Of a stretch of DNA of 64,000 nucleotides, positions 54,270 to 64,000 are shown in pieces. Under the pieces are notes generated by a model, which searched no databases, was not told the DNA's origin, and worked only from the letters and a program-made list of their open reading frames with translations. The first letter of the stretch is position 1, and each line of letters begins with the position of its first letter. The position numbers and the translations under genes are program-made. Source of the DNA: Perna viridis (Eukaryota); contig CM074515.1 of NCBI GenBank assembly GCA_037379345.1, positions 3,286,001 through 3,350,000 on the forward strand, given 5' to 3'.

Positions 54270-55520
54270 TTTCTGCACGATATCCGGACCGGTTTGCAAC
54301 AGAGATCACCCTTTCGTATAAAACTCGATTTCTACATGATATCCGGATCGGAAAGCACCAGAAAGTCACACTGGTACATTCTGCGAAAACTCGTAACGTT
54401 ATTTTTAAATGATATCGCAGAGATCATACCCGACTAAATATACCCCGGTCGGTGTGCTGCCGGTCTGGTTATACATGATATCCGGACCGGTGTTTGGAAG
54501 AGATGATGCCTGTCTGGCTATACATGATATCCGGACCGGTGTGGGCAGAGATGATTCCTGTCTGGCCATACATGATATCCGGACCGGTGTATAGTACAGA
54601 TGATGCCTGACTGGCTATACATGATATCCGGTTCGGTTTGTGGCAGAGATGATGCCTGACTGGCTATATATGATATCCGGTCCGGTGTGTGGCAGAGATG
54701 ATGCCTATCTATACATGATATCCGGACCGGTGTGGTATAGATGATGCCTGTCTACCTATACAATATATCCGGTATGGGCAGAGATGATGCCTGACTGGCC
54801 ATACATGATATCCGGACCGGTGTATGGTAGAGATGATGCCTGACTGGCTATACATGATATCCGGTTCAGTTTGTGGCAGAGATGATGCCTGGCTGGCTAT
54901 ATATGATATCCGGTCCAGTGTGTGGCAGAGATGATGCCTGTCTATCTATACATGATATCCGGACCGGTGTGGTATAGATGATGCCTGTCTACCTATACAT
55001 TATATCCGGTGTGGGCAGAGATGATGCCTGACTGGCCATACATGATATCCGGACCGGTGTATGGTAGAGATGATGCCTGACTGGTTATACATGATATCCG
55101 GTTCGGCTTGTGGCAGAGATGATGCCTGGCTGGCTATACATGATACGAAGGCTGGCGTGTGTCAGAGGTCATACCTGACTAGCTATATACGATTTCCGGT
55201 CCGGTGTGTGGCAGTATTGATACCTGACTGGCTCTACATTATATCCGGACCGGTGTGCGACAGAGATAATGACTGGCTGGCTATACACGATATCCGGACT
55301 GGTGTGTGGTAGAGATGATGCCTGACTGGGTATGCATTATATCCGGACCGGTGTAGGCAGAGATGACGCCAGTCTGGCTATGCATGATATCCGGATCGGT
55401 CTGCGGCAGAGATGATGCCTGAATTGCTATACATAATATCCGGCCCGATGTGTGGCAAAGGTCATACCTGAATGATGTCAGTGTTAGCAGTGTTGACATT
55501 TTAACGTGGTAGCCGGTCTG
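54270..55520. repeat. Minisatellite, ~49-bp unit, >20 copies, with a 5-mer higher-order repeat
   Basis: Unit atacatgatatccggaccggtgtgtggcagagatgatgcctgactggct. Diagnostic variants recur every five units. Confidence 0.93.
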
Positions 55521-58500
55521 GTGTGTGTCAGAAATTATATATTGCCACTTGCTATGACATTCGAAGTGCAAACTGGAACATCATACTTGGCTTCTGTGTA
55601 TTATTTTGACATGATTTCTAGACTGGTCGCTGGCAGAGACTTGTTTTCTTCATGGTATCTGAACTAACGTTTGGCTGAGATCACACATATGTTCAAGTTT
55701 TTCAAACAATATTAAATAGCTGTGTTGGTGTGTGGCAGAGATGAGAGTGTAAGATGTTATTGGCAAGAGTCATACATCGGTTCCATTTTTTAAAAAATTT
55801 CTGCGACATCTTGACTGTTATATACTCAAGTTAATAACTAGTTCCTGGCTATTATTACAATAAGACACTTTGTATGGTCAATGGTAGACATTATACATGG
55901 ATACATGATTCAAAAACATATTTTGTCCCGGCTTGAATATTAATTGATGAACACATCTTAATCAGGTTTGTTTGTTCAGATGTGTATTCTTGAGACTTGT
56001 CTGTCTTTTGAGCATCTGCTAGTTATGTTTTAAAAAAGGCTGGACTGATCTCTGAACAGACCACTTTACAGGCGCATCTGCCTGCCTCTGCCGACAAACG
56101 CATATTGGTTTATTCCCGTGTTGACATTTATGGTTCATATTTGAAATGGCGTTTTAATTTGTTAGAGCTGCTTACCTGCATAAAGTTACGATACAAGCTA
56201 AAGTAAGAAGCAAGAATGACATCACTCTATTTTTCATTCTTTATCTTTTGAATAGAATAAAATTTTGATGTATGGATAAAGGATATTAAATATCGCCTTT
56301 ATTACCAGTAATAAATTGACACTGATAATTATGTATAATAAACCTGTAAATATAAAGCCAGTTTGTGACAATTAAATACATCTAATAGGAACTTGATGGC
56401 TTAGCTAATCCTTGGAAACCTGTGTAATCGGAATCACGTTTCATATTGCAATTTTAATAAATATCAGAGTAACAAGGGAACAGAACATTAAATCTTCAAA
56501 ATTAAGGTACATATTGTAGGTCAAAAACTTCCAATTTTTGCGGTAACTTTGAGTATTGCACAAAACTTGGCTTTTTATGATAACCATCCGACTGATACTT
56601 TGATACATGCCCTCAGCGCACCCAATGGTATCGTTATACCGGTAAATAATGAATGTCAGACACAAAAAAAACCTGACAATATACTTTTCACTAATAAGGT
56701 CTTCTATTTTTTAATCGCATTTGAGAACTTATTATTGTACTTTAATATTTCATGTGGGAATATAGTATTGGTTTCTATATTATAATTTTGTAGTGTTTTT
56801 GTTCTCTCCGCACAAGTTAATGTCAACTTGTGCAGCGTCCTTCACGAGCAAAAGTCTACATTATCGACGTTAATGATAAATAATAACCATAATACCTCAT
56901 TGACAGAGTGCAGACAATGCAAAAAAACATTACATAGCGTGTGATGAACCTTTAAAGTAAACCAGTTAGGATTTGAAGCCCGTTAATTTAGGCGTTCAGT
57001 CATGTAGGCTTTCAACTTTTTATAGATTTCCTGAGTAAATATATCAATTTTTAATGTCAGATGAGTTAAATTGTTGTATTGTTTTAGAGAAATATTTTTC
57101 CAAACGATGTCAAGTGTGGTAAGTCAATAATCAGTTAAAAAGTTGGTACTTCCGCTTAATAATGACATTGCTGTATATGTATAGTGTTGGTCACCTTGTT
57201 ATTGTGAATGTCTGCAATTTTAGCGAGTTTAGGGTATCTAGATTTCAGATCTTATCGACCAAAATTTGTTATGTGTATTTTTTCTAAACATGGAAATCAT
57301 GCCAGCCTTGCATATTTATCTCACAACAGTAATGCCTTGTTCTTGCCTTGTTCTACTTAGTATCTCCCATTACAATTGGGTCTTTGCCAGGATTTTTAAA
57401 CGACGAGGCGGTATTAGATCCTAGCGTTTACCCCTTAGTATGTAACCGGATGATATTTTATATAAAAAATAGATTAAAGAACTTAAAGATTGGTTATATA
57501 TTTAGGTCTATAAATAAGTACTTATGGAATTACCATTAATTAACTTTTTAAAAAGCTTTATTAGCAAGTAATATGACTCTCAACAATACAGTTTCTAGGA
57601 TATGATTTTTCTGTTGTATTTCAAAAGGGCTGTAGCTCAGTAATCATATATGAATTATGTAGAATAGCAATGTCCTTTTCAACGTCAATTAAGCTTATTA
57701 CTATATATGCAGAAATATTTCCATTAAGCGAAGCTACATCAAAACGCTATTGGATGCTTTTAGTAAATTGTGAAAATGCTAATATTTTAATATTTGTAAA
57801 GATTTACTGTTTCTCCATAAATTCCCAGAGGTAATGTAGGACTCGTACCGAATACCATTGCTTAGTAAAACACTCTATTTCTATGGAGGTGTATTACAAT
57901 GAATGTTGTACCTCGTAAAAAATTTGCATAACAAAAAATTATTCTTGGTTTAACAAGTTTGATGCGATTATTTTGCGTTAATACGTAATTATCAAACGAG
58001 CAGTCGGGTTTATGACAAGTATATTTTATATGGACGAACGCTGGATCAAAGAAATATGACTGCTTCACCGAATGATAAACTGCACATTAAAGCATTGATA
58101 TTAATGCTCTACTATTCTCATTTTCTGCGCTTTTGTGGACAAACAAAATATAGTTATATATAAAATTAGTTCCGCGCATAATTTGTGTAAATTTGATTCA
58201 GACAAAATGAGTCAATTTCAATAAATCTAAGATTAATTAAACTATTCATACAGCAAAATCCATATTTAACCATAATATAATTTTTCTGGTGTTATATCTG
58301 TAAATGTTAAATCACACAACGATAGATGGGTATTTTGTATTCTTTACATCCTGTCAACTCGTTTAAAGGCTGCAATAACTAGTGATGTTGCGAAGATTGG
58401 TTTCATAATTATTCATAATTTTGAAATGTTATGATAATTATAAGATATAAAGCTTCCAGAATCACTTTTAAAACACTAAACAAATAAGAGAAAAGAGAAA

Positions 58501-59529
58501 ATTACCGTTAAGCTGTTAACCCTATCAGTCACACTCAAGCGTGGTTCCATCCGAAGAATTTGGAACAAATTGGGCTCAAGACTAAAATGATGTTCTAAGC
58601 TATCATAGGTAAATTTTTGCCTCAAATTATCAAAACTTTTAGAATAAAAGGTTGTGGATTCAACTACCACATTCTCTCTAGATCAGCAAAGCACCGCAAA
58701 ATTTTACAATTTTAAGCCAAGATACTATAAAAGAAAAGTTTCATTCAAGAAGTCTTTAAAGTGAAACGGCTCTGGCATGTTTAGATGCTATACATACGGT
58801 TAACGAGGAGAAACACCTTAAAGTGAACCGTGTGACTCCTCAGTACGAAACAAGGGTGGCGACGGAATAAATGTATAAACTATTATTATAAATGGCATCA
58901 TAATTTATAAGAATGAAATATATTTGATACGTTGTATACACAATGTATATCTAGAGAAACTTTCCAGAGATGATTTTCTGAAAGGGTCAATTGAAGGTCA
59001 CAAGATATATAGGCGTCAATAATCGTATGTAATAATTTCTTATCAAAATATAAAGGAAATAATGAATGGACACTTGAAATCCAAGAGACATTCAGATTCC
59101 GCGATAAATTCTTGTAGAAATCATATCTTTTGTTTCGACATCATAATACCATGAGAAAGGTTGAACATGCCAGTAAATTATTCTAGATCAACCAATCATA
59201 TTCTATTTTTATTAGTGTATAAACCATTATTAGCGATATGATATGATAACAAAACATTATATAGAACTTATCTCGTCAAACGATGAATGATCATAAACAA
59301 TATTCATCGTTAAATATGATAGAAACCAATATAATTCATAGAGAAGACCACAACGCCAAGTACAAAAGCTAGACAGATATCTGCAAGAAGTCTTAATGCT
59401 TTTACTATGCACATATCATGCCCATTTTTGCGGTATCCAAAGAGCGTGATTGTCATCAATAGACACATCCATCTTTTATATCAAGAAATATCAGCAACAA
59501 TCATACCCAATATGAAAACCTAACCATGC

Positions 59530-60140
59530 GTTAGGTTGTTGATAATCGACAGTTTCCAGCGTCCTGTTTCTTAGAATCAAACCTTGTGGTGAATTTGCTG
59601 GTTATCGACAGTCTAAACACCCTCGATATTGACATATTTACTGTCCGTGGTAAACGACAGTGCAAAGTGTTCCCGATACTGATAGACCCATCATTCGATG
59701 ATCTGCTGATAATCAATTTAGTGTTAAGCATTCCCAATACTCATAACCCCATTGTTCGACAAGCTGAGGGTAATCGATAGGGCCAATCGTTCCAATACTG
59801 ATAACCCCATCCTTAATACAGGTTACTGGAAATCGACAGTGCCAAGTATTCCCGATACTGATAACCCCATCCTTACTACAGGTTACTGAAAATTGACAGG
59901 TTCAAATGTCTGAAGAAAAAAAAAACAAGAAAGAAAGAAAAGAAAACTGACAACCCATCCATAGGAAAGATTGGTGGTAATCGATAGACTCAAATGTTTC
60001 CCAAGGTGATAAACAAGTTGTACGACAAGTTGACGATATTCAACTAATTCAAATGTCTAAAACAAACAAACAAAAAACAATCCAACAACCAAACAGACAT
60101 AATACCCATCCGTGGGACCGGTTGATGGTAATCAATAGGT
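59530..60140. repeat. Degenerate ~59-60-bp tandem repeat
   Basis: Recurrent ttccXXatactgataaccccatc...aggttXXtggXaatcgacag. Best copies at 59781-59900. Confidence 0.75.
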
Positions 60141-61321
60141 GAGAGGATTCTTAGTTTTTTTTGATTGTATGACATTTGAACGGTCAGGAAAGGTAAAAGC
60201 GCCTAATTATATAAAAAGATGTCAATATTGTATCGCATAGTTTTCGTTTATGAACAATATAATCGGTTCTGTACTTCTGCTTTTCGGAACTGACTGTCGA
60301 TTATTCTCATAAAAAAATAAGCATTAGCACTCTTAGCTGCAAAACTAAATTAACAGTCAGCAAACCCCGGTTTACTGGCTATCTAATATGAGATATAATT
60401 ATAACACAGTAGAGAAAGTATCTTAAATAAAACATAATTCTTGCGTCCAAACCCATGCTTAAGTACATTTTATTTGTCATTACCGTGAAATTTTGTTTTA
60501 ATATCATGTTTGTCCATTGTCCCTTGAATCTCAGAGGATATTAAAAGAATTGATGTTTCACAATTTTTGTTGGTAATATTATTGGACAATGCCACTTTCA
60601 TACGATATAACATCTCCCTTTTATTTCCATGGAGGAAAATGAAAAACGATTTTACATAGAAAAGTCTATGGCATAAAATACCCATATACAAGATTTCCAT
60701 TTTCGATCGTCGTTATTAATATTGTCTTAATCACTTTCTTGTCTGTCAAAAATATTGCTAGAATTATATGGGCGACTGACAGCATTCCGTGAATATAAAA
60801 TATGGCGTTTGATTGGCGTTATTTAATGTTCATAATGTAATCCCAACTCAATAAAAGTTGCAATTTCCCTGTGCAGATGACTTGATACACAGCGGCAATT
60901 AACCTTCCATCATATTATCTCGATACAGATAAATCGCTTCAATAACTCATCATATTGATAAATGGAAAATTTTGTATTGCTCTAAAACATATTTGTCAAA
61001 ACTCATATGTTTTGATGACATTCCTTAATAAACGAATATTGCTTTTTGGATTTGGAATCTTGTTTTTATAGAAATTAATTCCAATATCAAAAGCTCAACT
61101 GCTAATTTATCACTTTGGTTTGTTTAATCTTCTATTTTAAATATGGAAGTATTCGGTATATACAAAAAATAAACAAAGAAAAGAATGGAGGCCTAGAGTT
61201 TGCTTTTTATAGAATTTATCATAAAAATAAAGGGGAAGGACAGGGGGGACTAATATCAAAGTTGAAAAATCTTGGTCAAAGACCAAAAGGAGATAAGAAA
61301 TTGATTTTAAAACTTGGGAAG

Positions 61322-62612
61322 AAAACAAGAGGCTCTCAAGATCCCGAAACGCTCACCTGGCAATGAATGCCCTATAAACTAAATTAATACATCAAACTTT
61401 GTTGTGAATTAAAATGAATTCTAAATGCCATGTAAAATGTTGGAAATACTTTTAAAAGCCTTTCAAGAACCTCTGAACAAGTGGGTATACGTTCTACCTA
61501 CGCTTGATGATCCCACAGGATACTAAAACAATAATGAGTTTTTGACACACCCACAGTCATGTAAGTTGATAATGATGGTCAAATTGGCCTAATTTGACCT
61601 GGATTGTAATGTACAATCCCTAAAAATACATTCATATGCATTGGTAAAAAGGATCCTACCATGCATAGTTGCGGAGGCGTGAACTTGTCAGTAAAGTTAC
61701 ATGCAAGTCATTAAATTGGAAAATGAAAGCCAGAATTTAACACGATTACCTGGATGCTGATACAATATCCCTGATGTATGCATAAGCAAAGTTAGAATAA
61801 CCTAATTGTTAATTGTTAACGACAGACGCCAAGTGATGGTTATAGCTCACACGGGCTTTCATATTATATAGTTTGATCATGGTTATATAACATTCTCATT
61901 ACATATGTATCACAATTCACCTCAGGATATGTTTACTATATAAAAAACAAATGTTGTTGAAATCCGAGCAAAATGGCCGTCCAGAACAAATTTTCGTCAC
62001 CACCATCCGACACTATGTTTACTACATGAACCAACTAACATTGAAATCCTAGCAAGTGTAAAAATTGGCCGTCCAATAAAAATTTTCATCACCATTCAAC
62101 TCAGGATACCATGTTTACCTCGAATATAGTTATTTCTATAATTCAGGAAAAAACAGATTTTGCCTTTTTATTCTATTTCTAGTAACGGCGACCAAGTTTT
62201 TCGACCAATCAAAAATCCAAGCATTATTTTTTTGCAGAATACTCTACGGAACAATTTTACCAAGTTTCATTTGATTCTGAAGAGTAGTTTCAGAGGAGAT
62301 TTTTGAAATAATAACATAAAAAATAGCCAAAAATGGCAATAACTCAAACATCAGATGACAAATTTTCACGAAAATCGGCAAACAGGTAGAACACTTAAAC
62401 CATGCAAGAATTAGCCCTAACGTGATAGTTTTTGAGATATTTGCGAAAAACTGTTGTTTGACCCTAGCGTCTACTTTTAGTCATGGCGGCCATGTTTTTC
62501 GACGGATCAAAAATCGGAGGTTCAAGTTTTCATCCAAATCCATTCAGTAATTTTAGAGAAGATGTTTGAGAAATTATTAACGACGACGACGACGGGCGGC
62601 CCGGTGAGCTGA
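61322..62612 (-). mobile_element. HINE/Helitron-like non-autonomous elements (probably two adjacent or nested remnants)
   Basis: Starts aacaagaggc...cgctcacctgg. Internal end-like motif gacagacgccaagtgatggttatagctcac near 61820-61850. Duplicated ggcgXccaXgtttttcgacXXatcaaaaatc near 62185 and 62485. (GAC)n then ccggtgagct at 62581-62610, inverted relative to gctcacctgg at 61351. Confidence 0.6.
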
Positions 62613-62729
62613 GAGCACGTTAATAAAATTTTTCGAGAGGAAAGATTTTGAAAATGTTTTTTTTTCCAGTTTGTGGGACGAGTCTATATGTAAATAGTCG
62701 CTATATCAATGGGAACAAATTTCCGCTTA

Positions 62730-63110
62730 CCCATACCGGCGATATAACGCAGGTATTGAAAGCCAGAAAGGACTCTGGCTTTCCATACGCAGGTACTATA
62801 ATTCTTCGCCATACCGGTCCTATAGCGCAGGTACCATAATTATTCATCGCCATACCGGTGCTATAGCACAGGCACTATAATTTATCGCAATACCGGTCCT
62901 ATAGCACAGGTACTATAATTTATCGCAATACCGGTCCTATAGCGCAGGTACTATAATTTATCGCAATGCCAGTCCTATAGCGCAGGTATATACTGCAATT
63001 TATCGGTATAACGGTCTTACAGCTCAGGTACTATAATTCATCGCCATACCTGCCCTATTGCGCATATTATGTATGATTCATGCCATATAGCGCAGGTACT
63101 ATAATTCATC
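62730..63110. repeat. Minisatellite, 37-38-bp unit, ~9 copies
   Basis: Unit ataccggtcctatagcgcaggtactataatttatcgca. Confidence 0.9.
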
Positions 63111-63799
63111 GAAATCACATCTAACCCATATTGACTGATATTAAAACATTTACCAATGACCTAAATTATCCAACTGAACTAGGAGTTCAGATTTTTAAGC
63201 ATTTGTTTCACAAAAATTACCCTGGACACGTAGCTCATTATTACACACTTCGTGGTTATTACTAAAACTAGAAACGTTGTTTTTCTTTTGCTTTTGGTAT
63301 GGGTTGCCGTTCATATATTTATTGGGATAAAATAACTCAAAACTAAAAAGTAACAAGCATATAACACAAATCTGCGCGTATATCTAAATAAAAAAAAAAA
63401 CGCACACATGAATCGTTAAAGTAATATTACTTGGAATTTCACGCATTTCGTATATATTCACTTGTAATAAAAGGTATTTTCCCCTAACAAGTTCTAGTCA
63501 TTGAGAAAAGCCGAGACATAGTTTTTCGCGCGAATGCACATGGAAGGAGTGAATGGTATACAGACACTGTAGCTTTTTTGAAGAACACGTAAGAACGAAT
63601 ATAAACGATTATTAAAATACTGACATAAAGTTCAAGATTATCGAAACCCACATAATATTAAGTTAATATTCATGTGATCGTCATTGCTTAATTTTTATTT
63701 TGGCATTTGCACGAAGGCCTTTGATAGATTTTCATTTAATCCTTTTGGACGTGTTTTTATTGATATTTTTGTTTGAGTAAAGGTGTGCTTATCAGTTGG

Positions 63800-64000
63800 A
63801 TTTTGAACTTACTTGCAAAACAATCGAAGTAGGTATAGCTTGTTGCCTTTTGTTCTATTTGGTAAAGTGTTTGTATCTGCATCGATCTCAAGGGTCAAAT
63901 CATAATTCAACAGATTTTTATAGTTCGTTTTATTTCTGTACTTTCCAATCATTGTCCCAGGTTAGGGGGGGCTCTCACAAACGTGTTTAACCCTGCTACA
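63800..64000 (+). mobile_element. Partial interspersed repeat cut by the window edge
   Basis: The ending ctctcacaaacgtgtttaaccctgctaca resembles a motif I recall from bivalve interspersed repeats; not verifiable here. Confidence 0.25.

Noticed and set aside
54270-55520. CRISPR-like array (also considered for 32550-33460 and 62730-63110)
   Set aside because: Units are contiguous with no unique spacers, there are no cas genes, and the context is eukaryotic.
48140-56958. Large TIR DNA transposon enclosing the retroelement
   Set aside because: The candidate ends (aatgttcctttacacg ... cgtgtgatgaacctttaa) match only loosely, and no transposase remnants or TSD could be established.

Overview
AT-rich eukaryotic (metazoan) genomic DNA. 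The repeat types suggest a bivalve mollusc, probably oyster-like; that assignment is inference. The window holds one complete protein-coding gene, a spalt/Sal-like (SALL) zinc-finger transcription factor on the + strand. It has five coding exons (6720-6792, 23770-24588, 24777-24968, 37360-37476, 42582-45478), all introns are GT-AG and phase 1, and the CDS is 4098 nt (1365 aa). The protein carries the N-terminal MSRRKQxKP NuRD motif, a C2HC finger, a Q-rich segment, four SAL-type finger clusters and one extra C-terminal C2H2 finger. Downstream lie a 5'-truncated, decayed Penelope-like retroelement of the Naiad type (CxC linker plus C-terminal RT) ending in a strongly base-paired 3' element, several Helitron/Helentron-like non-autonomous elements, MITE-like foldbacks and many minisatellites, one with a 5-mer higher-order structure. 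The most notable non-coding signals are the retroelement 3' RNA structure, a sharp CpG-depleted to CpG-normal switch inside intron 4, a possible truncated SALL isoform ending in intron 2, and a compact Meis/Pbx-Hox site cluster in intron 3. Most short ORFs in the track are spurious. I found no clear evidence of a wholly new multi-gene system.
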